A stretch of DNA of 61,543 nt from a virus (Duplodnaviria > Caudoviricetes): the IMG/VR virus record IMGVR_UViG_3300010354_000092, positions 1 through 61,543 of that record. The stretch is one strand, 5' to 3'. Below, one piece after another: positions 9,255 through 19,800 of the stretch. Position 1 is the stretch's first letter. The number at the start of each line of letters is the position of its first letter. Below the pieces are notes generated by a model. That model worked only from the letters and a program-made list of their open reading frames with translations. It was not told where the DNA came from and searched no databases. Made by a program: the position numbers and the translations under genes.

Positions 9255-10436
9255 ATGTCACAACTATTAAATGAAAGATGGTCAGAGACCAAAGAAGCTC
9301 TGCTTGAAGGCCTATCCGGTAACCGTAAAGCAAGCATGAGTGTTTGTTTAGAAAACACACGTAAGCATCTAGCAGAAGCTGCAACAGCAGGCGCAACTAG
9401 CGCAGGTAACGTTGCAACACTTAACCGTGTTATTCTGCCAGTTATTCGTCGTGTTATGCCAACAGTTATTGCGAACGAAATCATTGGTGTTCAGCCAATG
9501 ACCGGTCCAGTTGGTCAAATTCATACTCTACGTGTTCGTTATGCTGATGCTGACGCAAACGCTGGAATTATCGCAGGTGAAGAGGCTCTAAGCCCATTCA
9601 AAATTGCTGCTGCTTATTCTGGTAATGGCGTTGACGCTACTCCTAAAGCCGCTGCAACCAGCGCTCTAGAAGGTAACCCAGGTAAGCGTATGAGCATTCA
9701 AATCTTGAAAGCACCAGTAGAAGCCAAGAGCCGCAAACTAAGCGCTCGTTGGACATTCGAAGCTGCTCAAGATGCTCAAGCACAACAAGGCATTGATATC
9801 GAAGCAGAAATCATGGCCGCTCTAGCACAAGAAATTACTGCTGAGATCGACCAGGAAATCCTAGCTTCTCTACGTGGTTTAGCCAGCGTAGAACAGACAT
9901 ATGACCAGTCATTAGTATCTGGTACTGCTACATTCGTTGGTGACGAACATGCTGCTCTAGCAATTCAAATCAACCGTGTTGCAAACTTGATCGCTCAGCG
10001 TACACGTCGTGGCGCTGGTAACTGGGCAGTTGTTAGTAACCAGGCTCTAACAATTCTACAGAGCGCAACAACTTCTGCATTCGCAAGAACAACAGAAGGC
10101 ACATTCGAAGCTCCAACAAACACCAAGTTCGTTGGTACGCTAAATGGCGCAATGCGTGTATATGTAGATGCATATCTAGCTGATTCTAGCGATAACAACC
10201 AAGTTCTAATTGGTTATAAGGGTTCAAGCGAAGCTGACGCTGCCGCTTTCTATTGCCCATATATTCCTCTAATGAGTTCTGGTGTTGTTCTAGATCCAAC
10301 AACATTCGAACCAGTAGTTGGTTTCTTAACACGTTACGGATATGTTGAGTTGAATAACACAGCATCATCTCTAGGTAACGCTGCCGACTACCTAGGTAAG
10401 GTTGCAATTACAAGTTCTACAGTAAGCTTCCGTTAA
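9255..10436 (+). CDS. gp23: Major capsid protein (T4 gp23-like)
   Basis: IIGVQPMTGPVGQI, AKSRKLSARWTFEAAQD, EITAEIDQEI, FYCPYIPL and TRYG motifs. Confidence 0.97.
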   Translation: MSQLLNERWSETKEALLEGLSGNRKASMSVCLENTRKHLAEAATAGATSAGNVATLNRVILPVIRRVMPTVIANEIIGVQPMTGPVGQIHTLRVRYADADANAGIIAGEEALSPFKIAAAYSGNGVDATPKAAATSALEGNPGKRMSIQILKAPVEAKSRKLSARWTFEAAQDAQAQQGIDIEAEIMAALAQEITAEIDQEILASLRGLASVEQTYDQSLVSGTATFVGDEHAALAIQINRVANLIAQRTRRGAGNWAVVSNQALTILQSATTSAFARTTEGTFEAPTNTKFVGTLNGAMRVYVDAYLADSSDNNQVLIGYKGSSEADAAAFYCPYIPLMSSGVVLDPTTFEPVVGFLTRYGYVELNNTASSLGNAADYLGKVAITSSTVSFR

Positions 10437-10462
10437 TTGGATCTTATATAAGCACTTACAAG

Positions 10463-10486
10463 AAACCCGCAAGTTGCGGGTTTTTT
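10463..10486 (+). terminator. Rho-independent terminator
   Basis: AAACCCGCA-AGT-TGCGGGTTT followed by a T-run, after the capsid gene. Confidence 0.85.
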
Positions 10487-10488
10487 GT

Positions 10489-10567
10489 TAAATATTAGGC
10501 CCAAGTGGGTTTATGCGGTCCCCGCCGCGTAGAGCCTAGAACGCTCATAAAATTAAGGAGAAAACAA
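10489..10567 (+). promoter_or_regulatory. Late promoter plus structured 5' leader
   Basis: TAAATA at 10489, GC-rich hairpin at 10506-10538, then AAGGAG RBS. Confidence 0.5.
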
Positions 10568-11281
10568 ATGGGACGTCCTTTAAAAGATAAATTTTTTGGT
10601 AATACTACTTCTGCAGGAGTAGGCGGCGAAGGAGTTGCCGCTGTAGTACTAGGCGGAAGCTGGACAGGATTTGCTACTGCTACTACTGTGGTTAGTTTTT
10701 CTGCACCTCAGATCACTGGTGGTGTAGCACCTACTGCTACTCCAGTAATTAGCGGTACAACATTAAATGGAATCACAATAAATACAGCCGGTAGCGGTTA
10801 TACATCAACTGCTACAATGTTTATGAACGTTGTTGACCCAGATGGCGGCGCTGAAAGCTCTGGAACATATACAATTGTTTTAACATCATCTGTTCAAAAT
10901 GCTCTAACATTTACAGCATGGGTTCCAACAGCCAGTAACGGTACAGCCAATACAGGCGGTAGTGCTATTAATGGCGGCGATATTGTAAAACAAACAGGAA
11001 CAGGTCGTTACTATGTAAGAAATAGTCAAGGTTACGGTGCATGTAAATTAGTTGCAACTAATAGCCCTGCAAGAGGCGAAATGTATCTAGTAGCAACAGA
11101 TGCTAACGGTAGTACCTATTGGGTAACAAGATTAACTAATAGAGAAGCCAGATTAACACGTAGAACTATGAACACAGCATATGTCTATGCTACAAATGAT
11201 CAAGCAGGTTGGACATTTGGTTCTGCTTCAGGAACAAATAAAGCATTGCCTGGTACTGTAGTAAGTATTGCTAACGCTTAA
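10568..11281 (+). CDS. Virion structural protein (possible head decoration/fibre)
   Basis: Start moved to ATG 10568 (MGRPLK) after AAGGAG. Thr/Gly/Ala-rich beta-type sequence. Own terminator. Confidence 0.6.
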   Translation: MGRPLKDKFFGNTTSAGVGGEGVAAVVLGGSWTGFATATTVVSFSAPQITGGVAPTATPVISGTTLNGITINTAGSGYTSTATMFMNVVDPDGGAESSGTYTIVLTSSVQNALTFTAWVPTASNGTANTGGSAINGGDIVKQTGTGRYYVRNSQGYGACKLVATNSPARGEMYLVATDANGSTYWVTRLTNREARLTRRTMNTAYVYATNDQAGWTFGSASGTNKALPGTVVSIANA

Positions 11282-11295
11282 TTATTAAGCATTCT

Positions 11296-11324
11296 AAAAT
11301 AGCTGCTTCGGCAGCTATTTTTTT
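11296..11324 (+). terminator. Rho-independent terminator
   Basis: AAAATAGCTGC-TTCG-GCAGCTATTTT plus T-run. Confidence 0.9.
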
Positions 11325-11341
11325 CTCATAAATAATTTATC

Positions 11342-11857
11342 ATGCCTACAACTTGGACTTACCCTACAATAATAACTCAAACAGCAGAAGATCCTAGTCA
11401 CATAGAATGGGACAGTGTAAATAATTTTGTTTTTTTAAGAGCGGCCGACAGCAATTTTACTAAAACAAATAAAAGTCTTGTACATATAGCAGTTAGTAAA
11501 AATTCTGCTATAAAAAATAAAACTTGGTATCTTTACCTTACTGGGTTTAATTTTATTAATCTTCCTCAAATAATTACTGGAATAGAAGCTGAAATTCATA
11601 TGAATAGAGGAGGCCGGATAACCGATGATACTGTACAACTTAGATATAATAACGAATGGATAGGTGAAAATAGATCAACGTTAGCATTGGACATGTTTAA
11701 AGTTTACGGAACCTCAACTGATAATTGGGGGATAAACTTATCTTCTATCAATGTTCAAAGTTCGAGCTTCGGTATTGGAATAAGATTTCAAAGTCATCCT
11801 TCTTTCCCTCATAATTCTACTCCTTTACTAGACTATGTAAGATTACGAGTCCATTAA
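11342..11857 (+). CDS. Hypothetical virion protein (beta-sandwich-like)
   Basis: 171-aa ORF 7 nt after TAAATA, ends LDYVRLRVH. Confidence 0.55.
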   Translation: MPTTWTYPTIITQTAEDPSHIEWDSVNNFVFLRAADSNFTKTNKSLVHIAVSKNSAIKNKTWYLYLTGFNFINLPQIITGIEAEIHMNRGGRITDDTVQLRYNNEWIGENRSTLALDMFKVYGTSTDNWGINLSSINVQSSSFGIGIRFQSHPSFPHNSTPLLDYVRLRVH

Positions 11858-11883
11858 CGATAAATATCAAAAAGGACAAATGA

Positions 11884-12909
11884 ATGCCAACCACCAGTAT
11901 AGTTCGAGTTCCAGGTGACTACCTAGTTATTGCCAAAAATGGCGGAATTGTTTTTGATCTAACAAGTACATCTACTATTGTTTCTGCTAATACAGGTACA
12001 GTAACTATATACGGCGATCTAAATGTTATTGGTAGTACAACTTATGTTGCTACAACAAACACGAATATTACAGATAACTTAATTTATCTTAATGCCGGTG
12101 AAACAAACACATATGTAACAAAAGGTAGAGCAGGAATTGCTATTGATAGGGGTTTTGGTGTCAATACTACAACCGGCATAGCAAGTATTATCTTTGACGA
12201 TACTCGTACCTGGGCTTATGATAATGTAGCTTTATACAGGGGTGTTTGGGAATTAGATGCTGCTACTACTAGTTTAGGAAAGTTTGGATCTGCTCTACAG
12301 TTAAACGCAATTCGAGTTGATCCGTCATTAAACTTTTTAAATATCTTTGGTAAAGAGAATCCTACGGCTGTAATGAACGTTAGAGGTACGCTGAATTATG
12401 AACAGCGTGTGTTAGATGATGATGATATTCCAAATAAAAAATACGTAGATGATAGAGCATCTGTAAGTAACGAATTAGCAAGAAAATTACAAGTCGGAAA
12501 TACCTATGTCGAAATAAATGACAGCGATGTTGTACCATCGGATCCATACTTTAATGTAATAAGATCTATTAGTGCTTATTTAGGCACTAATACTAATAGA
12601 GTTTTTAGATTAGAAGGTATTTCGGCTCAAGTTCAAGGTTTGTTAATAAATGATACAAATATACAAGTATTAGCCGGAAGATCAAGTAATGACCTACAAT
12701 TAACTCCGGTTGGTACGGGAACTGTTATTGTTAATGCAGGATTAGGACTAAGACACACTGGCGATGTTTACGAAGAACCAAATATGACTCACATTTATTC
12801 TACTTCAACAGTAGGCGGCGGTGGAACAGGTGTTTACTTTACTGCGATAAATAGAAGTGATGAATTTGTAAGTCGTAAAAGAGCAATTATTTACGGAATA
12901 ATCTTTTAA
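11884..12909 (+). CDS. Virion structural / fibre-associated protein
   Basis: GDLNVIGSTT...ITDNLIYLNAGE fibre-type motif and IPNKKYVD motif. Confidence 0.6.
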   Translation: MPTTSIVRVPGDYLVIAKNGGIVFDLTSTSTIVSANTGTVTIYGDLNVIGSTTYVATTNTNITDNLIYLNAGETNTYVTKGRAGIAIDRGFGVNTTTGIASIIFDDTRTWAYDNVALYRGVWELDAATTSLGKFGSALQLNAIRVDPSLNFLNIFGKENPTAVMNVRGTLNYEQRVLDDDDIPNKKYVDDRASVSNELARKLQVGNTYVEINDSDVVPSDPYFNVIRSISAYLGTNTNRVFRLEGISAQVQGLLINDTNIQVLAGRSSNDLQLTPVGTGTVIVNAGLGLRHTGDVYEEPNMTHIYSTSTVGGGGTGVYFTAINRSDEFVSRKRAIIYGIIF

Positions 12910-12919
12910 AGGTTTAAAC

Positions 12920-13249
12920 ATGGCGATTAATAACACAATGATTTCTAATCCTAGTCCTACTAGAATTTTCTTTGCAAGTACAGGGACTGAATTTGCTATT
13001 ACAACTATTATATTTTGTAATACTAACGTTGCATTCGATGCCGATCTTGATGTGTTTGTAGTCCCCAATGGCGGTGTTCCTGCTACTACAAATTTAGTTT
13101 TAAATAAGATCACTGTTCCTCGCACTGAAACCTTTGTTATGGATACGGAAAAATTAATATTAGCATCCGGTGATGCAGTATGGGCACAAGCATCTCCAGC
13201 CAACGCAGACCAAATTGTCTGTGCTACTGTTAGTTCTGTTCAGATATGA
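12920..13249 (+). CDS. Small virion protein, paralogous in style to 20927-21310
   Basis: 109 aa, EKLILASGDAV motif. Confidence 0.55.
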   Translation: MAINNTMISNPSPTRIFFASTGTEFAITTIIFCNTNVAFDADLDVFVVPNGGVPATTNLVLNKITVPRTETFVMDTEKLILASGDAVWAQASPANADQIVCATVSSVQI

Positions 13250-13770
13250 AATTTTATAAACGTTTACCACTTGATCAATCTAATGTACAGAGTGATAAAT
13301 TTGCTGTACTTAACGACAACCGTATCACTACTAACACTAAGGTTGCGTTAGAAGTTCCCAAAGGCGGAAATATTGATAGACCTGGTCTTCAAAGAGAAAG
13401 CCAGATTAGATATAATGATGTGTCTAATGAATACGAAGTATACAATTCATTAGGCGACGGCCGAGGTTGGGAAATTGTACGCACCGTTAGACCTGCACCT
13501 ATTACAGCACAGAATTTAGGTTTAGGAGATTATGCCAAAACAGATTTTGGTCCACTAAGATTTAGTTCAGGCGAAAACTATACCGAATACACTCGTCCGC
13601 AGAATGTAATGGTTTACATTGAAAATGTTTACCAAATTCCTGTGACAAATTACAGTCTTATTCAAGGAACAGGTACTAATGTTCTAATAAGATTTACTAG
13701 CCCACCTCCTACAAAAACTGTTACTGCTCTTTTAGGATTTGACGGTAACTATCCTCCATTTAACCCCTAA
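13246..13770 (+). CDS. Virion structural protein
   Basis: VPKG...RP...IRYN...YEVY fibre motif and VMVYIENVYQIP...FTSPPP domain. Confidence 0.55.
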   Translation: MKFYKRLPLDQSNVQSDKFAVLNDNRITTNTKVALEVPKGGNIDRPGLQRESQIRYNDVSNEYEVYNSLGDGRGWEIVRTVRPAPITAQNLGLGDYAKTDFGPLRFSSGENYTEYTRPQNVMVYIENVYQIPVTNYSLIQGTGTNVLIRFTSPPPTKTVTALLGFDGNYPPFNP

Positions 13771-13794
13771 ACTTTAGAATACAGACCTTTGGAC

Positions 13795-13892
13795 TAAATA
13801 AGTCTGATGCCGTGTATTTTGGCAGAACTAACTGTGGTAAACCCGCAATGTAAGGTGGTTCTAGGGTGAAATACCCTTGTTGAGGAGCGTTC
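13795..13892 (+). promoter_or_regulatory. Late promoter plus multi-stem 5' leader of the giant fibre gene
   Basis: TAAATA at 13795-13800. Stems 13808-13824, 13825-13861 (enclosing 13833-13847) and 13863-13877. RBS GAGGAG at 13882-13887. Confidence 0.55.
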
Positions 13893-16800
13893 ATGCCGAT
13901 TGGTCGTATATCAGGTCCGTTACTAGCTCAGAATCTATTCAGAGATGATATAGATCTAGCTTTCTATAACAGAAACAGCACTGAATTTCCATTAATTTAT
14001 CTTAACGTTGTCGGTAACAAAGTTGGTATTAGACAAGATAATCCACAGTACGATTTAGATGTACGCGGTACTATAAACGGTGATATACTTAGAGTTGTTG
14101 ACAATGGCGGCGGCCTAGGTTACGGTACTATCGGTAAAATCTTTATCAGCACCAATACAGTTAGTTCCACTGTTGGTCCTGTGAACATTGCCCCATCGGG
14201 CGGTAATGATATCAATCTACAAAGTAATACAACAGTATTTGGCGATTTACACGCTACAGGAAATATTACAGCTGACGGCGACATAGGATTAGGTAATGTT
14301 CCCACTGATCGATTAAAAATAGTTGCCGAAGTTGACAGCAACATTATTCCAGCATTAGACAATACCTATAATTTAGGAGCGTCTGGTGCATCATGGAAAG
14401 AAGCATATCTAAATAAAGTTGTTACAGATAAAGTAACTTCTAAAAATAATATTAGTATAACCCCAGAGATGGGTCTTTTAGAAATCAATGCTCAACTACG
14501 AGTTAACAGTTCTAAAGGATCATTAGGTACTGCTCCTGTTGTTACAAATGTATTGTATGTAACAATGGATGGTGATGATACTAACGATGGTGCTGCTATG
14601 GATTCTACTAGAGCTTGTAGAACAATCAGCGGCGCAGTAAAGAGTCCACTTTATAAACCAGGTACTAGCATTAAAGTAGCCCCAGGACGTTATTACGAAG
14701 ACAATCCAATTTTAATGCAGCCTTTTACAAGTATCATTGGCAGCGATTTAAGAACAACTTTTGTAGAACCAATTAATAAAACACAAGACTTATTTCACGT
14801 TCAGTCTGGCTGTTATATTGCCCAGCTTCAAATGAGCGGAGGAAGAAGCGGTTTATTACCAATTGAAAATGCCAGTGGATTTAATAGGGGAGCTTACTGT
14901 ACAGCATTTCCTCCTCAGGTTGGCGGGAAAAAGATTGATATATTTAGATCGCCCTACATTCAAAACTGTACCAACGAAAGCGGACCTTGGCTCAAAGATG
15001 GTACAATGTTTTTACCTAATCAAACAATACAAATTCCTAGTGCTGTAGGAGTTGCATCTTGGCCAGCAAATACTACAACATTGATAGTTAGTTTAACTAC
15101 TGGATCGATAGCCGTAGGTGACAGTATTAATGCAGGTCCTCAAAATTTAGGATTCTTTGATGCTAGAACATTAATATTAGCAAATAAGAGTTTTATTCAA
15201 GAACAAACTGTTAATTGGATCAGCAACCAAATAGCTACTGCTACTACTGGTTCGATATGGAAAAACTTTAGTTACAGTCAAGCTAAGTGTTACAGAGACG
15301 TTGGAATAATTTTAGAAAATGTTAGTTATGATACAACTTTTGGCGGTAATGAAAAATCTGTAGAAAGCGGGTTGGCGTATTACGAAGGTGTTATTAGTGT
15401 TATTGTAGGTCAAGAGCCTCAAACTATTGCTGCCATTAATTACGTAAATTCTTTAACACAAAGAGTAATTATAAATTCTACAGTAACTACATTTGGTACA
15501 GTTACTAAACCTCAAGTAATTAATACTGCATTAGACGAAGGATCAGTAGCTGGTCCTGGATTTAAAAATAATATTGACATTATTACAGATATTATTGGAA
15601 GAGGACCAAGTGTTGCTCCTAAAATTACAAAAAGCCAAGGACCTGATGCTTACATAATCAGTGCCGAAGTATTGTTACAAGCCAATAGAGCATTTATTCA
15701 GAACGAAGTAACTGCTTATACTGATGTAAAATATTCAAGTATAAATTATAATCAAGACAAGTGTAAGAGAGACTTGGGATTAATTGTTGACGCAATCAGT
15801 TTTGATTTATCATTTCCAACTGCGAACTTGTCTCAAAGCACATTTGCCGGTTTGCAATACTGGGATCAAAATGGATACACTGGCGACATTGCTAATGAAC
15901 TAACTACAACTACCAGTGCTATTAGTTACCTAAGCAGTTTAGCACAAGAAATAGTAACATTAAGTACAACTGGCGTAAGATATCAGTCCACTCTTACCCA
16001 AGTTACAAATTTACCTACTGGGTCTGTACAAGAACAATTAATTTTAGAATCAGAATTTAACTTAATTTTAGATATTATAATTAACGGTACTGTTGGTGTT
16101 ACTAATAGAATTATACCAAATAGAGGTAGCACCAGCACAGATTTTTCTGTAGTAAATGCTTACAATCTTTTAATTGCTAATAAATCATATATGCAGGCAG
16201 AAGTTGTTGCATGGGTAGAACAAAATAAAACTACTGGCTTTACATATGATGTAGCAAAATGCAATCGTGACGTAGGATTTATGATAGATAGTGTAGCATT
16301 TGATTTGTTATACGGCGGTAACAAACAGGCTATACAAAGTGGTGTATACTATTATAGTTTCAACGGAAGTTCAAGCGCCATTGCCGGAACTATACCTCAA
16401 ACTATCTACGCCTATAATACATTGACAAACATTGTACAAAGTTTAGTACAAAATATTGTCGTACCTACAAAACAAACTAAAGTTACACAAGATAGATCTC
16501 TACCAGCTGCAACTAGTGCAGAAGCTACATTGTTAACAAATTATTTAAACAACATTGTTAACATTATTACCAGCGGTCCGGGTGTTGCTCCTGCAAAAGT
16601 GCCTATTAATTTAACTAGAAGTACTTCTACAAATATTACTAGAGCATTTAATATTTTACAGGCAAATAGAGAGTTTGTCAAAGAAGAAGTCATTGCAAGA
16701 ACTAACGATATTTTCTTCAGACAGAATAGTTATAACAAAGTTAAATGTTATAGAGATTCTGGATTGATAGTAGATGCTGTAGTACAAGATATACTGTTTC

Positions 16801-19800
16801 CAACAACAGACAACAGTCAAAGCACATTTGCTGGACTAATGTATTGGAATCAAGGCAATACAGTTATACCTGGTCAAGAATCAACTACGACCAATGCTTG
16901 GATATATGCTAAGAGCTTATGCCAAAAATTAGTATTAAATGATACTTCTAATCCTCGTTATTCTACCGGTACACAGGTTACATCTTTACCGGCAGGAACA
17001 TTAGAAGAGTATACATTAGTTGGACAGAAATTTGACGCTATGTTAGATATTATACAAAATGGTATCACTGGCGTTACAGATAAAATTGTTCCTAATTCTA
17101 TTACACCCGATTTCCAAAGAGATGTAAAACAGGCATTTGAAATTCTACAGGCAAATAAGAGCTACATTCAGCAAGAAGTTATTTCATATGTTGACGCAAC
17201 TAAAACTGTCGGTTGGGTATACGATAAAGTTAAATGCGCAAGGGATGCAGGATATATTATTGATAGTATTGCATTTGATCTGTTATACGGCGGTAACAAA
17301 CAAAGTATTCAATGCGGTGTCTATTATTACGGATTTACAGCAGGAACTAGTGCAATTTATGGCCAGACTACTGGTACTATTGCAGCCTTTAATAGAATAA
17401 GGACAATAATACCTGCTATTATAAGAGGTGAAGCTGTTACTCCTTATCAGACTACTGAAAAACAAGTCTTTGATACTTCTACATTTACCTCAAGTACTAT
17501 AGCAACAGCGGTTAGTAAGGTTGATATCATAACTAATATTATAGGTAATGGTCCTATAGTAGCTTCTCCACCAAGCCCTATAGCAGTTTCAGCTTCTACT
17601 AGTACATCAGTTCAAAGTGCGGCTAAAATACTAGCTGCTAACAGAAACTTTATCCAAGCAGAAACAGTTGCATTTGTAGATCAATTTTTTGCATTTGATT
17701 ATAACAGAGCTAAATGTTCAAGAGATGCAGGATTAATTGTTGATGCTATAACTTACGATTTGATTATTGGCGGCAACACTAAGTCTATTGAATCTGGTAT
17801 TAGTTATTGGGTAGGTACTAAGAGTTATATTACAGGACAAATTCCTCAAACAGTTGACGCAGTTGAAAGAGCAAGACTTGTAGCATTAGATATTATTGAA
17901 AATAAATTAGTTACAAGAACAGTAGGTAATGGAACTGAACAAATAACCAATACCTATTATGCTAACGGTCAACGTGCAAGTAGTTATATTAACTCTAACT
18001 TTGGAATTATTAAAAATATAATGGAGAGAGGTGAAAGTGCAGCACCTCAAAATTATTTAGGTTCGGGATTGTTTGCCGCAAGCGGTATATCGTTTAATGA
18101 TACAAAGATTGCTCCTAAAGTTATCTCTGTACAGAACTTTGCTTACGACGAAACTCTTTGCAGAAGAGATACAGGTTATATTTTAGATGGCACTTATTAC
18201 GATATAGCATTGGCTACAAATTACAATGCAGTGACTTCGGGCAATGCCTATCGAAGAGGTATTAAATCGTCTCAGTATGTAATAAACTACGAATTAGCAC
18301 AAACTAAACAGGCAATTTCTTATATTAAAGCTAGCTCTGCTAATTTAGTAGTAGCTAGTTCGACATCTGTAACAAGATCTAATGCTGCCTACGACGAACT
18401 AGTAAGGGTACTAGAAGGCAATCCTCCTGCTATTGTAACTTTTACAAATCCAGCCGGTGCTAGTGCTGCCGTTGTAGCAGCCAAAGATCAACTTATTAAA
18501 AATAAAGATTTTATTATATCAGAAGTTGTAGCATGGGTGCAATATCAAGTGAATTATAACATTGCACCATTTGTAGGATTTGCATATACAGATTACATTA
18601 AAACAAAATGTGCTAGAGATATAGGTTATATTATTGATGCACTGTGCTATGATATTTTATATGGCGGTAATAGTGCATCTAGATACTGTGCTGAAGCATA
18701 TTTTACATTTGGTGCTTCTACAATTGCAGGCGAAGAAACTCAAAGTGTAGCAGCCTTTAACAGAATGAGCGCTGTTGCTCAGCAGGTAATTCAAGGCATT
18801 GCTGTAACAAGAACATTTGGGTCTACAGGATCTCAAGATAGATCAGGAGCAAATGCTACAGGCATTGAAGCAACTGCTTTAGCTAACCTTGTATCTATTA
18901 TTACTAATGTTATAACCGCAGGAAATCTAAGCGGTCTACCTGCAAAAGTTAACCCAAGTATTGCCTGGGCCGCAGGGGATGTTCAAACAGCCGTAGGAGT
19001 TCTTAATTCAAACAGAGCTTCTCTAATCAATGGTACGATAAGTTATGTAAACAGTCAGGCTAGCGCAGGATTGAAACAAATAACTTTAGATAGAGCAACA
19101 ATTGGTCCTTCTTTTAACGCTACATTATATTTTGGCGAAACTTTGGTGTTTCCTAAACAAGATAAAGAATTTACTCCGCAAGAGGCCGTTCAATGGGGAC
19201 AACGAATGGTTGATCAAAACGGTGCTATGGGCGGAAGTTTAGTAGATGGCGGTGTTGTCAGCGAGAGATCTCCAGTTAACTCTTTTGTTTATGATGCGTT
19301 CACTCAAGTTAATCAAGGTGGACGAGGCATACACATTATTAACAATGGCTACGCACAGCTAGTTTCTGTGTTTACAATCTTCTGTTCAACACACGTTGAA
19401 GTAACAGACGGTGGTATTGCTTCTATTACTAACAGTAACGCAAACTTTGGTAATTTATGTTTAGTTGCTAAAGGTAAAGGTCCTTTAGATTTTGGCGGCA
19501 CAATTTACAACCCTCCATATCCTACATTTGACCAAAGTGGTGGACAGACTGTTAACGGACAGTTTTATCCTAACGGATATTGGCCTCAGAACGCAGAAGT
19601 ATTAATTTATCTACCAGACCAATCAAATAGACCTCACATTGGTCAAGTAATGGAAGTTGTTCCTCCTAAAAACATTTTAATAGATACAACTGGAAATGGT
19701 GATTTTGTAGAAACACCTTATACAAATGAACAAGGCTTGCCGGGATTTTTATTGGCTGCTCCTAACAAAGCAACATTAACTACAGGAACTATAAAAATAA

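Noticed and set aside
13801-13880. c-di-GMP-I riboswitch or tRNA
   Set aside because: It lacks the GGCAAAC...GAAA...GACGCAAAG consensus and a cloverleaf or T-loop. Kept only as an unknown structured leader.
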